DNA of 64,000 nt from an uncultured Gemmatimonadales bacterium (GCA_963821525.1 CAWGED010000005.1:832001-896000); one strand, 5' to 3'. Shown: positions 45,792-58,256, counted from the stretch's first letter. Numbers and translations: made by a program. Notes: a model not told the origin generated them from the letters alone.

Positions 45792-46963
45792 TCGTCACCC
45801 CGCTGGCGACTCACTCGTCGCGCGCGGTCAGAGAAACACTCACTTCCCACGGCTGGGATGAACCTCGGGCCGAGTCCGCTGCCAGCGGACTCGGCCCGTA
45901 TGCCGTCATGGCGGAGGGCTTGAGCGAGGAAGTGCTCGCCGTCCTGCTCCGCCACGGCGGCTCGCTCGGTCTCGAGATCATCACCGGTGATGACTGGGCA
46001 ATCGTGGCGGGAAGTCTGTCGCGGATCGGTGCCTTGGCCCGCCCGTGGGGCGGTCCGCCCGAACTGGCTGCCGTCGCGCACCAGATCGGCTTGGCGCTTC
46101 CGCCCGAACAACCGCCTGTCTGGATAACCGCCCGCGGCACCGTCTCGCTGGAACGGCCGGTCATTCTCGGAATCCTCAACGTCACGCCCGATTCCTTCAG
46201 CGATGGAGGCCGCTTCAGCCAGCTCGACGACGCGCTGGCCCAGGCCGACCGTCTGCTCGCCGACGGAGCCGGCATGCTGGACATAGGCGGCGAATCTACC
46301 CGTCCCGGCAATCCCGATCCGGTTCCCGAAGACGAGGAGCTGCGGCGAGTCATCCCTGTCATCGAGGCTTTGGTCCGCCGGCATCCCGGCCTCATGCTTT
46401 CGGTGGACACGGTGAAGGCCGGGGTGGCCCGCACGGCAATCGACGCCGGGGCTGCGGTCATCAACGACGTATCCGCCTTCCGGCTCGATCCGGCTATGGC
46501 GGCGACGGCAGCGGAACTGAGAGCCGGAGTGGTCCTCATGCACTCGCGCGGCACCACGAGCACCATGGCTACTCTGGATCACGCGGAGTACGAAGGAGAC
46601 GTGGTCGCGGTGGTGCGCCGGGAGCTGTCCGATGCCGCGGCCAGGGCGGTGTCCGCGGGGATTCCCGATGAGAACATCGTCCTCGATCCCGGCCTCGGGT
46701 TCGCGAAGACCGCCGAGCACAACCTCCTGATCACCGACCGGCTGGCGGAGCTGGTTGCGTTGGGCCGGCCCGTTCTGGTCGGGCCCTCGCGCAAGCGATT
46801 CCTCGGCAGCGTCACGGGACGCGAAGTGGCCGAGCGAGACATGGCGACTGCGGCCGCCTGTGTGGTGGCCTACGAGCGCGGTGCGACTCTGTTCCGGGTG
46901 CACAACGTCGCACTGACCAGAGACGCTCTTGCCGTCGCGCATGCGGTGAGAGGGAGCCGATGA
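45788..46963 (+). CDS. folP: Dihydropteroate synthase with N-terminal extension
   Basis: GILNVTPDSFSDGG, IGGESTRPG, DPGLGF and SRK. Confidence 0.93.
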   Translation: MIVTPLATHSSRAVRETLTSHGWDEPRAESAASGLGPYAVMAEGLSEEVLAVLLRHGGSLGLEIITGDDWAIVAGSLSRIGALARPWGGPPELAAVAHQIGLALPPEQPPVWITARGTVSLERPVILGILNVTPDSFSDGGRFSQLDDALAQADRLLADGAGMLDIGGESTRPGNPDPVPEDEELRRVIPVIEALVRRHPGLMLSVDTVKAGVARTAIDAGAAVINDVSAFRLDPAMAATAAELRAGVVLMHSRGTTSTMATLDHAEYEGDVVAVVRRELSDAAARAVSAGIPDENIVLDPGLGFAKTAEHNLLITDRLAELVALGRPVLVGPSRKRFLGSVTGREVAERDMATAAACVVAYERGATLFRVHNVALTRDALAVAHAVRGSR

Positions 46964-47754
46964 ACGCCTCGCTCGCTGTTCCGCCGTTCCTGGTCCCGAC
47001 CTGGAGGGACGTCGTCCAGATCCTGCTGGTCGCCCTGGTGATCTACCGGGGGCTTCGCTTCCTGGTGGGCACCAAGGCGCTGCAGATCGTGCTGGGGTTG
47101 GCACTGCTCGCGGCGATCTACATCGTCGCCTTTCTGCTCCGCTTCACGATGATCACCTACCTCCTGGGCCTGGTCTTCACCTACGGCGCCTTCGCCGCCC
47201 TGGTGGTCTTCGTGCCCGAGCTCAGGAGCGTGCTGGCCCGGCTGGGACAGTCCCGCATCTTCCGGTTCTTCTCCCCGATCAAGAGCACCGCGGTGGCGGA
47301 GCAGGTGGCTGAGGCGTTGGAGCGGCTGAGCCGGAATGCCACCGGGGCCATCATCGCGATCGAACGGGAAAACACCTTGGACGAGTACTTGGCTAGCGGC
47401 ACCGAGATGGAGGCGCGGGTCTCGGCCGACCTGCTGACCACCATCTTCACGCCCTATTCACCACTGCACGACGGGGCGGTCGTCGTGCGGGGGGACCAGA
47501 TCATCGGGGCGGGGTGCATCCTGCCCCTGACCCAGCAGCCGGTCACCGACCGGTCGCTGGGGACCCGGCACCGGGCGGCCTTGGGCTTAAGCGAGGAGAC
47601 GGATGCCCTGGTGCTCGTCGTATCAGAGGAAAGCACCATGATCAGCCTCGCTGTCCGCGGCGAGCTGCGACGTGGAGTAACACCTGAAGAGGTTCAAGTA
47701 TTACTTGAAGGTGGCTCGCCAGACGCCCTGCTCCCTCCGGCCCCGTCGCGATAG
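46960..47754 (+). CDS. cdaA: Membrane diadenylate cyclase
   Basis: Three TM segments plus LHDGA and GTRHRAA motifs. Confidence 0.92.
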   Translation: MNASLAVPPFLVPTWRDVVQILLVALVIYRGLRFLVGTKALQIVLGLALLAAIYIVAFLLRFTMITYLLGLVFTYGAFAALVVFVPELRSVLARLGQSRIFRFFSPIKSTAVAEQVAEALERLSRNATGAIIAIERENTLDEYLASGTEMEARVSADLLTTIFTPYSPLHDGAVVVRGDQIIGAGCILPLTQQPVTDRSLGTRHRAALGLSEETDALVLVVSEESTMISLAVRGELRRGVTPEEVQVLLEGGSPDALLPPAPSR

Positions 47755-47771
47755 CTCCAGACAACCGACCT

Positions 47772-50142
47772 TTGCCACCTCGTCCTCCATACCGCCTCGC
47801 GCTGCTGGCCGCGGCCCTGGTCCTCACGGGGTACGTGATCACCCTGGCCCCTACCGTGACCTTCTGGGACGCCGGGGAGTTCATCGCGGCGGCCAAGACC
47901 CTTGGGATTCCCCATCCGCCGGGTACACCGCTTTTCACCCTGATCGCCCACGTGTGGGGAACCCTGGTGCCGGTGGGCGAGTATGCCGTCCGCCTCAACC
48001 TGCTGAGCGCCCTGCTGAGTGCCGCGGGGGCGGGTTGCTTCTTCCTTGTGGTTCACGAGAGCCTCGCCAAAGCGGGTGATGAATCAGCCGGCGGGCGGCT
48101 GCTCAGGGTCGGGGGCTCATTCGCCGCGATCCTGATCGCGGCATTCACCTTCACCGTCTGGCAGAACTCGAACGAGACCGAGGTCTACGCCATCGCCACC
48201 TTCACCATCGCGGCCATCTGCTGGGCCTGCATGGTTTGGCGGAGGCAGCGGGGTACCGGCACGGGCGAGTCACACTCTCCTGCTCATTCTCTACCTGGCC
48301 GGCGCATCCATCGGGAATCACCTCCTGGCGCTTCTCGCCGGCCCAGCCGTGGTGGCATTCCTGTGGGCGATGATCGTCATCGAGCCCGCAGCCGACCCCG
48401 ATCAGAGGGCGGTTGAGCAGGCTCAGCTGGCGGTTGTAGCAGGAACCTGGGCGCTTCTGATCGGCGGAGGACTGGGGAGTACTGCACTCACGGTCGTCGG
48501 GGCGCTGTGCTACCTGGTGGCGTTGGTCGTGGCGTTTCGTGCCCGGATGATCCCATTCGCGCTCGTGGCCTTTGCGGTCGCAGCGGTGGGAGTGACGAGC
48601 TACCTCTTCCTCTATATCCGCTCGGGCCAGCACCCGCCGATCAACGAGGCCCAGCCGGACAACTGGAACGCCTTGCTCGCGGTGATCCGGCGTCAGCAGT
48701 ACCCGGTTCGAACCCCGTGGGACGATCCCACCGTTCTCCACGGGCCCGACAATCCGGGCCGCACCCCGACCATGTTGTTGCTGCAGCTGGTGAACTACCT
48801 GCAGTACTACGACTGGCAGTGGGCCAACGGCATCAGGAAGATTCTCCACATCGGCGAAGTTGCCTTCCCGGTCCGCACCTTCTTCACGATCCTCTTCACC
48901 GGGCTGGGCCTCCGCGGGCTGTTCTATCACCGCCGGACCGACCGTGCGGGATGGTGGCTCCTCTTCACGTTGTTTCTCACCACCGGCCTGGTGCTCATGT
49001 TGTACATGAACTTCAAGCCGGGATACTCCCTCGGGTTCGATCTCTACCCGAGGACGGGCGATCACGAGGTTCGGGAGCGGGACTACTTCTTCGTGGTGAG
49101 CTACGTGGTGTGGGGACTCTGGGCCGGGATGGGACTGGGGACGCTGGTTCGGACGCTGATGGAGCGCTGGAGAGTGCCCGCGTTCGTCGGCGCCGGCATT
49201 CTCGCCTTCTCGCTCCTTCCCTTCGCCGGCAACTTCACCGCCGCTTCTCGCCGGCACGGTCCCGACGCGCGGCTCGCGGCCGATTTCGCCTACGACCTCC
49301 TCAACACCGTTCCCCCGTATGGCGTTCTTTTCACCTACGGCGACAACGACACCTTCCCGCTCTGGTGGGCCCAGGAGGTGGAAGGTGTGCGGCGGGACGT
49401 GACGGTGGTTTGCCTCGCTCTGGCGCAGACCGACTGGTACATGCGCCAGCTCCGGGACAACCCGACCCGCTCCTTCGAGGAGTCGCGCGCTCCCGCCATC
49501 TGGCAGGGGCGGAATCCCAAGGAGCCGGATTGGCCGGCGCACACCCTGACCAATGAGCAGATCGGGGGAATCCGTCCCCTGGCGCTCCCTCAGGATCTGA
49601 CGATCCCGATTGGAGCAATCACCAAGCACTATCCCTCCGGCACCGTCTTCATGACCAACGATCTGCTGGTCATGAGGGTACTGCAGCAGAACCTCGGTCG
49701 CCGCCCCATCGTCTGGGCCATGACGACCGGTCGTGACTATCAGGGTCTCGACTCCTACGTGGTGCAGCAGGGGCTCGGCTTCCGCCTCGAGCAGGCCTTG
49801 CCCGACTCAACCTCGCCCGACCTTGATCGCGGGCGAATCCTCGGTGCCGTGATAGATGTTCCCATGACTGATCGCCTGTTATGGGAGACCTACCGCTTCG
49901 GGAAGATGGCTGAGCCGCACGACGAGGCGCGCTCTGGAGCCCACCTCCGCCGGTATCGCGAACAATCTGGGCCTCCCCTTCGCGCAGGTGGCGAATGCCT
50001 ACGAGAATCGCGGCGACCTGGATCGAGCGGTGAAGAACCTCGAGCGCGCCACGGTCATCTCGACCAATCCGGCCATCGAAGGAGGCGATGTAGCAATTGC
50101 TGCTGGAGAGGGCGCGGGACTCGACAGCGGGCGGAGGAGTAG
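47772..50142 (+). CDS. DUF2723/TMEM260-like membrane glycosyltransferase (frameshifts near 48265 and 49925)
   Basis: TLAPTVTFWDAGEFIAA..LGIPHPPG, VRERDYFF and GDNDTFPLW. Confidence 0.85.
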
Positions 50143-50222
50143 GGAGTAGGTGGCAGTCACAGCACCCCTACTCTCCTACATCCCTATTCCCTACTCCCTG
50201 CTTCCCGTTCCTCACTCCCCAC
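50136..50222. repeat. Inverted heptamer arrays (GGAGTAG)n ... (TCCCTAC-like)n
   Basis: Seen at the DUF2723/yggS junction. Confidence 0.75.
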
Positions 50223-50260
50223 CTTCAATAAACCCCCACCCCGTCCTACATTTCCCCACC

Positions 50261-50947
50261 ATGTCCTACCCCGGACTGGCTGAGCGCGTCGCCGAGGTTC
50301 GGACGCGCATAGCAGAGCGTCAGGCCGTGGGCGGATGGACCCATCCCGTCACGATCGTAGCGGTTACCAAGACTCACGGTCCCGATGCGGTCGAGGCGGC
50401 GATCGCAGCAGGCATCACTGCGGTCGGTGAGAACCGGGTGCAGGAGGCGCTGAGCAAGCAGGATGCGCTTCCCGGTGCGCCGATCGAGTGGCACCTGATC
50501 GGGACTCTGCAACGCAACAAGGCGAAGCATGCGGCCGGCCGCTTCGCGCTGATTCACTCGGTGGATCGCGAGGACCTGGCTCAAGAGCTGGATCGCAGGA
50601 CGCCCGAGGGTGGCACTCAGCCGATCCTGGTCCAGGTGAATTGCTCGGCGGAGCCGCAGAAGGGCGGGGTAGAGCCGGATGCGTTGACTGGGTTGCTCGA
50701 TGCGTTGCGGGGGCATCCCCACTTGGTTGTGCGTGGCTTGATGACGATGGCCGAGTTTACCGACGATCCGGTGGTGCAGCGGCGCACCTTCAAGCTGCTC
50801 CGAACTCTGCGGGACGAGGCGGAAACCCGCGGCCACCGTTTGCCCGAACTTTCGATGGGAATGTCTGGCGATTACCTCGTGGCGATCGAGGAAGGCGCCA
50901 CGATGGTCAGGCTGGGAACCCTGCTCTTCGGAGAACGCCGCTTATGA
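50261..50947 (+). CDS. yggS: PLP homeostasis protein YggS
   Basis: VAVTKT, GENRVQE, WHLIGTLQRNK and LSMGMSGD. Confidence 0.93.
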   Translation: MSYPGLAERVAEVRTRIAERQAVGGWTHPVTIVAVTKTHGPDAVEAAIAAGITAVGENRVQEALSKQDALPGAPIEWHLIGTLQRNKAKHAAGRFALIHSVDREDLAQELDRRTPEGGTQPILVQVNCSAEPQKGGVEPDALTGLLDALRGHPHLVVRGLMTMAEFTDDPVVQRRTFKLLRTLRDEAETRGHRLPELSMGMSGDYLVAIEEGATMVRLGTLLFGERRL

Positions 50948-51459
50948 CCGACGACGTCTTTCACCTGACGCCCAATGACGTCCGGGGCCAGCAGTTCCGT
51001 CGCGTCCTGCGGGGATACGATGCCGCGCAGGTCGAGGAGTTCAAGGAACGCGCCGCCGATGAGATGGAGCGCCTGCTCCGGGATCGCGCGAAGCTGGATG
51101 AGCGGCTTCAGGGGTTCCAGGAACAGCTGCGGGCCTTCCGCGAGCGTGAACGCGCCATGAACGAGGCGTTGCTCGCCGCGCAGCAGCTCAGAGTGGCCGC
51201 CCAGGAACAGGCCGAGAAGGAGGCCGAGGCGATTCTGCGGGAGGCCCGCGCCGATTCGCTGCGAATGGTCGGCCAGGCCCAGGATGAGGAGCGTCAGGTG
51301 CGGGAACGGCACGAGACGCTGAGCCGACAGTTCGCCGCGTACCTCGCCAACTTCCGCGCCCTGCTGGAGCGCCAGCTGGGCGAGATCGAAGGTCTGCAGG
51401 CCCACGCCCAGATCACCCACCAGGTGCAGACCGAGCTGCTGCTCAAACGCCACGCATGA
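50944..51459 (+). CDS. DivIVA domain protein
   Basis: LTPNDVRGQQFRRVLRGYDAAQVEEF plus coiled coil. Confidence 0.88.
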   Translation: MTDDVFHLTPNDVRGQQFRRVLRGYDAAQVEEFKERAADEMERLLRDRAKLDERLQGFQEQLRAFRERERAMNEALLAAQQLRVAAQEQAEKEAEAILREARADSLRMVGQAQDEERQVRERHETLSRQFAAYLANFRALLERQLGEIEGLQAHAQITHQVQTELLLKRHA

Positions 51460-52290
51460 ACGAACCGGTCCTCTATGACCGGGTCCAGGCTGCCGCTCGC
51501 ACCATCCGGGATCGATCCCCTCGCCGACCCGCCGCTGCGATCATTCTCGGCACCGGGCTCGGCGGTCTTGCCAAGGAAATCAAGGCAGAAGCCGTCATCC
51601 CCTACGAGGAAATCCCCGGGTTTCCCCTCTCGACCGTCGAGGCTCACGCCGGCCGCCTGATTCTCGGAAGCCTGAGCGGCAAGCCGGTCGTCGCCATGCA
51701 GGGACGGTTTCACCGGTACGAAGGGTATTCCCTCCAGCAGGTCACCTTTCCCGTTCGCGTCATGCACGCCCTCGGCGCCGAGACACTCGTGGTGTCCAAC
51801 GCCTGCGGAGGGATGCATCCGCTCTGGGCGCCGGGGGACCTCGATGCTGATCGCCGATCACATCAATCTCATCGGCGACAATCCGCTCATCGGTCCTCAC
51901 GACGAACGGCTCGGTCCCCGCTTCCCCGACATGTCGCAGCCGTATGATGAGAGCCTTCGCGCGATGGCGCGAAAGCTGGCGCTCGAGTTGGGCATCACGC
52001 TCAGGGAAGGCGTCTATGTCGCGGTGACCGGTCCAAACCTCGAAACCCGGGCGGAGTACCGGATGCTTCGCGCTATGGGCGCAGACGTCGTGGGGATGTC
52101 TACCGTGCCCGAGGTCATCGTGGCGGTGCAGGAGGGGATGAAGGTCCTGGGGATTTCGATCATCACCGACCAGTGCCTCCCGGACGCGCTGGAACCGGCG
52201 AGTCTCGAGAAGATCATCGCGGTTGCCAACCGGGCCGAACCTTCGCTGACCCGGCTGGTGTCCGGAGTGGTGGAGCGTCTGGCTGCATGA
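51456..52290 (+). CDS. punA: Purine-nucleoside phosphorylase (frameshift near 51843)
   Basis: ILGTGLG, QGRFH.YEG, GPNLET and VGMSTVPE. Confidence 0.92.
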
Positions 52291-55200
52291 GCTTTACGCC
52301 TTGGCCGGACCAGAGTCCGGATCAGATGGAGAAGGACCTGCTCGAAACCTGGAAGGCCGAGCGGCTTTTCCAGCGTACCCTCGAAGCCAATCGCGACGGC
52401 AAGCCTTTTGTGTTCTACGAGGGACCACCCACCGCCAACGGCCGTCCCGGAATCCATCACGTCTTCTCCCGTACGATCAAGGACCTGGTCTGCCGCTATC
52501 ACGCGATGCAGGGCGAGTCGGTGACCAGGATCGCGGGCTGGGACACCCACGGCTTGCCGGTCGAGATCGAGGTGGAAAAGCAGCTGGGGCTGACCGGCGG
52601 GAAGAAGGCGATCGAGCAGTACGGCGTCGAGAAGTTCAACGCGAAGTGCCGGGAGAACGTGTTCACCTACAAGCAGGACTGGGAACAACTCTCCGACCGG
52701 ATCGCGTACTGGCTCGACTACGAGCATCCCTACATCACCTACAGCAACGACTACGTCGAATCGGTCTGGTGGCTGCTCAGTCGTCTGTACGAGAAGAGCA
52801 TGCTGTACCGCGGTCACCGGGTGCTTCCGTACTGTCCCCGCTGCGGCACCGTGCTCTCCAGCCACGAGCTGGCGCTGGGCTACGAGAAGATCCAGGACCG
52901 CTCCATCTATGTCGCGTTCCCGCTGGAAGACGGGAGCGGGCGCGAGCTCATCGTCTGGACCACCACTCCCTGGACGCTGCCTTCCAACGTCGCGGTCGCG
53001 GTTCATCCCGATCTCGAATACGGCACCTATTCCAGCAGCAAGCATCCCGGCCGGAAGTTCATCACCGCGGTCGCGCTGCGCGACAAGCTGAACGAGGTGC
53101 TCGGCGGTGAGATAAAGGAAGAGTCCGCCGCTGTGCCGGGCTCATCGCTGGCGGGGCTTCGCTACCGGCGGCCGCTGGATATCGTCCCTCTCCCAGCCGA
53201 TGCGAAGCATTCAGTCGTCATCACGGGAGACTTCGTCACGGCGGACACCGGCTCCGGCATCGTGCACATGGCGCCGGCTTTCGGCGCAGACGACTACGCC
53301 GCGGGAAAAAAGCACGGGCTCGCGTTGCTCATGCCGGTGGCCCCCGACGGGACCTTCCGCGGAACATCCTGGCCCGACCTCGAAGGCAAGCTGGTTACCG
53401 ACAAGGAAACCAACGAGCTCATCATCCGCCGCCTCAAGGCCGACGGACGCTGGCTCCACACCGAGCAGTACGAGCACGACTATCCTCACTGCTGGCGCTG
53501 CTCCAGCAAGCTGATCTACTACGCTCGCGACTCCTGGTTCGTCCGCACCTCGGCGGTGAAGGAGCGGATGCTCGAGGTGAACCGGGCGAGTGAACTGGAG
53601 TCCGCCCGAGGTCGGCACCGGCCGGTTCGGCGAATGGCTGGCCAACAACGTGGACTGGGCGCTCTCGCGGGACCGCTACTGGGGCACACCGCTGCCGGTC
53701 TGGGTCTGCGAGAAGGAGCCGACGTCACGTCGAGGTGATCGGGAGCTATGCCCGGCTCGCCGAGCGTTGGGGAAAGCCGTTGCCCGAGAAGTTCGATCCG
53801 CACAAGCCCTACATCGACAGCTATACCTGGAAGTGTTCCTGTGGCGGAGTGATGCGCCGCGCCGCCGAGGTGATCGACACCTGGTTCGACTCGGGGTCGA
53901 TGCCGTACGCGCAGTGGCACTATCCGTTCGAGCACGAAGCCGAATTCAAGTCGCACTTCCCGGCCGACTACATCTGTGAAGGGGTGGACCAGACTCGCGG
54001 CTGGTTCTACTCGCTTCTGGCGATTGCGGTCACCGTGTTCGACAGCCCGGCCTATCGCAACGTGATCGTCAACGGGCTGGTACTGGACGCGAAGGGCCAG
54101 AAGATGTCCAAGACCCGGGGCAACGTGGTGGATCCCTGGGAGATGATCCGCGGAGTTCGGCGCCGATGCGGTCAGGCTTTATCTGCTGGCTTCGAGTCAG
54201 GTCTGGGCCGCGAAGCCATTCGATCCGAAGACCATCTCGCAGATCACCGGGAACTTCATCCGCGCCCTGCGGGAGACCTACCGGTTCTTCGCGCTCTACG
54301 CCGACCGCGACATGCTGCAGGCGGCCGGCAAGCTGACGCTCTCCGACCGCTGGATCCTGAGCCGGCTCGATTCCACCATCGAAGCGGTTCGTGCGTCGTA
54401 CGACGGCTACGACGTCACCGCCGGCACCAAAGTCCTGATGGCGTTCGTGGTGGACGACCTCTCCAACTGGTATGTGCGTCTCAACCGGGGCCGCTTCTGG
54501 GCTCCCGACGCCGCTGCCGACCCCGCAGCGGTCGCGACGCTTCACCATGTGCTGACTGCGGTTAGCCGTCTCCTGGCACCAGCCGCTCCGTTCATGAGTG
54601 ACTGGCTGCACCGGTCGCTCACCGGCGGATCGGTGCATCTGGCTCCCGTGCCGGTCCCCTCGGCGGCTCGGGACCAGGGTCTCGAATCGGCGATGGACGC
54701 CGTGCGGCGCCTGTCGTCGCTTTCCCGCGCCGCGCGAGAGACTGTCAAACTCGGGGTTCGTCAACCCCTGTCGCGGCTCCTTGTCGCCATTCCGGCGAGC
54801 GTGGATCGGGAGGCTTTCGCCAAGCTCACCGAGCTGTTACGCAACGAGGTAAACGTCAAAGCCGTAGAGGTCGTGGAATCGGACACTGCTCTGGTCAGGC
54901 TGCGCGGGAAGGCTAACTTTCGCGCCCTCGGTAAACGGTTCGGGAAGCAGACCCCGGCGGTTGCCGCGGCGGTTTCCCGCCTGACGGCGGATCAGTTGCA
55001 GGTACTGGAAGGAGGCGGGGAGGCCACCCTGGAGGTGGACGGTTCCCCCACCGTCTATCTTTCAGATGAGGTAGTGGTGGAGCGGGAGGTGGCCACCGAC
55101 TTGCTGCTGCAGAGCGACGGTCCTTATGTGGCGGCGCTTGACCCTGGCCTGACGCCGAACTTGCGGGCCGAAGGGCTGGCGCGGGAGATCGTCCACCACG

Positions 55201-55463
55201 TGCAGCGCCTGCGTCGAGGAAGCTGGCTACCGATTCGCAGATCGGATCGAGCTCGGTTGGAAGGGCCGCGCCGAGGTGCTGGAGGCCGCTAGGCGCACGC
55301 CGGGTTCATCCGCGGCGAAACCCTTGCCCGCTGAGTTCGAGGCGGTCGCTCGTGCCCGAGGCGGACCTGACTCAGGACGTGGAATTGGACGGACGGCGGG
55401 TAACGCGAGCACAAGCTACGAAACGGCGCGGGAGCGCTCGACCCACAACCGACGGGGAAGTAA
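52287..55463 (+). CDS. ileS: Isoleucine--tRNA ligase (several frameshifts; 3' end approximate)
   Basis: [39 protein letters not shown] and KMSKT. Confidence 0.93.
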
Positions 55464-55846
55464 TGAACAAGAAGAATTTGACGCACTTTGAGAAGCGGCT
55501 GCTGGAGGAACGGGCGCGGGTAATGAAGGAGCTCGGCTACTACGACGAGTCCTTCAACGCCACGCTGCAGTCATCCGACGGTGACCTCTCGTCCTACTCA
55601 TTCCACATGGCGGACCAGGGGACCGACGCCATGGAACGGGAGAAGCAATTCCTGTTTGCGTCACAGGAAGGCCGCTATCTCTGGCATGTGAACGAAGCGC
55701 TGCGCCGGTTGTACAAGACACCCGAAAAGTTCGGCCACTGTCATCAGTGCGGCGACGAGATCAACTTCGAACGGCTGGACGCGCTGCCTCACGCGCGGCT
55801 CTGCATCAAGTGCAAGGAAAAGGAAGAGGATGCCAAGCGGCGCTGA
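55463..55846 (+). CDS. TraR/DksA C4 zinc-finger regulator
   Basis: HMADQGTD coiled-coil tip; CHQC...CIKC. Confidence 0.88.
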   Translation: MNKKNLTHFEKRLLEERARVMKELGYYDESFNATLQSSDGDLSSYSFHMADQGTDAMEREKQFLFASQEGRYLWHVNEALRRLYKTPEKFGHCHQCGDEINFERLDALPHARLCIKCKEKEEDAKRR

Positions 55847-56359
55847 GCGTCGGCTCTACTGGGGCACCGCGCTGGCGGTCATCGCCTTCGACCTGATCAC
55901 CAAGTTCCTCGCGGAAAAGTTCCTGGTGGCCTCGGTGGGCCGCCAGGTTCTGGGGCAGTGGCTGCAGCTCCGCCTGGTCTACAATCCCGGGGCCGCGTTC
56001 GGCCTCGACGTGGGACCCTACTCCCGCTGGATCTTCATGCTGGTCGCGATCGTCGCCGTGGTCGCGCTCTACCGGATGTCGCGCAATGCGCTTCCGGGCG
56101 ACTGGTTCCGGCAGCTCTCCCTGGGCCTGGTGAGCTGGCGGTGCTGCTCGGCAATCTGGTGGACCGGGTGCGCAACTCGCAGGGCGTGGTGGACTTCCTC
56201 GACGTCGGTGTCGGCGCATACCGCTGGCCAACCTTCAACGTGGCCGACATGGCCGTGAGCTGCGGCGCCATCGCGCTCGCGATCTCGCTCTGGCGGGAAG
56301 ACGCCCGCCGGGAGACCGTGACCGAACCGACCCCAGTCGGAGTAAGGAGTAAGGAGTGA
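55830..56359 (+). CDS. lspA: Lipoprotein signal peptidase II (frameshift near 56135)
   Basis: NPGAAFG, GNLVDR, VVDF and FNVAD. Confidence 0.92.
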
Positions 56360-56418
56360 GGAGTGAGGAGTAACAGCGATTCGGACTCCTCACTCCTTAC
56401 TCCTCACTCCTCACTCAC
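56339..56418. repeat. Inverted heptamer arrays (GGAGTRA)x5 ... (CTCCTYA)x4
   Basis: Overlaps the lspA stop and the probable rluD start. Confidence 0.9.
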
Positions 56419-57410
56419 GTTCACGGTCCTCAGCGAGTCGACCGAACGGCTCGACCGCTTCCTCGCCGATCAGCTCCAATTTTCCCGAACTCAGTCCGCC
56501 CGGCTCGATCGCCGCCGGCTCGGTTACCGTCGCCGGTAAGCCCGCGCGCGCGTCGCGCCTGCTGGAGCGCGGGGATCAGGTGGTAGTCACCTTCCCCGAT
56601 CAGGAGCCGCCCCGCACCATTCAGCCGGCTCAGATTCCTCTCTCGGTAGTCTTCGAAGACGAACACCTCGCCATCATCGACAAGCCCGCCGGGTTAGTGG
56701 TTCATCCCGCGCCGGGTCACTGGCAGGACACGCTGGTGAATGCCCTCGTGGCCCGCGGCACGACGCTCTCCAGCGGGGCCGAAGGGCGTCCCGGCATCGT
56801 GCATCGTCTCGACCGCGATACCTCGGGCCTCATGGTCGTTGCCAAGACCGAGCTGGCTCATCGCCGGCTCGGTGCGGCCCTCGCGGCCCGCCGGATCAAC
56901 CGGCACTATGCGGCGCTGGTCTGGGGACATCTCGACAGCGACCCGGTCGTGATCGAAGCACCGCTCGGGCGAAATCCCCGCGACCGCAAGCGCATGGCGG
57001 TCCTTCCCGAAGGCCGTCCCGCCCGAACCGACGCCTTTCCCGTTGCCCGACTTTCACTCGTGGACCTGGTGCGGCTCGAGCTGCATACCGGTCGCACTCA
57101 CCAGATCAGAGTTCATCTCGCTCACATCGGCCATCCCGTGGTGGGCGATCCGGTCTACACCGCGGGGGGTAGCCGCCGGATGTCGAGCGACCGGCCCGGT
57201 GCGGCGGCCCTGGAACGGCTCGCTCCCCGCCAGGCGCTGCACGCCGCCTACCTCGGTTTCCGCCATCCTGCGACCGGGGAAGCCCTCGAATTTGAGGCCG
57301 GATGGCCGGCCGACCTGCAGCCTTTGCTGGTTGCGGCGCTAGGGCCCGGAAATCCCGTTGTTAATTCGGATGCCCTTCGGTATCTTCGTTTCTTTAAAGC
57401 ACATGAGTGA
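56363..57410 (+). CDS. rluD: RluA/RluD family pseudouridine synthase (frameshift in the S4 domain)
   Basis: RLDRFLA S4 domain, DKPAGLVVHP, HRLDRDTSG and TGRTHQIRVH. Confidence 0.88.
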
Positions 57411-57839
57411 TGTTCAGAGGCTCAGACTTGTGGTCTTCCGGGTCGGCGAAATCATCTGCGCCGTGCCTGCGGCAATTGTTCGGGAGGTCATCGCCCAGCA
57501 GCCGGCAACCCGGATCCCTGGGGCCTCGGCCGAGGTGGACGGACTCTTCAACGTCCGCGGCACGCTTTTGACTGTCTTTGACGGTCGGCGGATCCTGGAA
57601 CGGCAGGGCTCGGCCGATCGAGGACGGGTCGGTCCTGGTAATCGAGACCAACGGTCGCACCGTCGGACTCGGAGTGGACGAGGTCCTGGATCTGGTGGAG
57701 GTGCCAGCGGACAGTCTCGATCAACGAGAGGCCCTCCCCGGAATAGATCCGCGCCTGGCCCGAGCGGTGGGCCGGGCTGGACGACCGGGTCTTTGCAGTG
57801 CTCGACACCGACGCGCTGCTCGCACCGCTTCTGACCTGA
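57403..57839 (+). CDS. cheW: Chemotaxis adaptor CheW (frameshifted)
   Basis: LVVFRVG, TRIPGA..VDGLFNVRG and GLGVDEV. Confidence 0.85.
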
Positions 57840-57889
57840 CGAATCAGTCTTTTCAAAAGCCCAAACGCTGCTCGCAACCGGAGGATCGC

Positions 57890-58252
57890 GTGAGCCATAC
57901 GGTGCTGGTCTGCGATGATGCCATCTTCATGCGCACCATGATCTCGGACATCCTTGCCCAGGCGGGATTCGAGGTCGTGGGCGAGGCGGAGACGGGCGCG
58001 AGGCGGTGAGACGCTATCGCAAGCTCAAGCCCGACCTCGTCACGATGGACATCGTGATGCCGGACATGGGCGGCATCGATGCGGTACGCGAGATCTGCAA
58101 GGAGCGATCCCGACGCCAAGATCCTGATGTGCAGCGCGATGGGACAGCAGGCCCTCGTGGTCGAGGCGATCCAGGCGGGCGCCAAGGACTTCGTGGTGAA
58201 ACCGTTCCAGCCCTCCCGGGTGCTCGAGGCGGTACAGCGCGTGCTCGGCTGA
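57890..58252 (+). CDS. cheY: CheY-like response regulator (frameshifted)
   Basis: VLVCDDAIFMR, DLVTMDIVMP and VVKPF. Confidence 0.88.
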
Positions 58253-58256
58253 GTTC

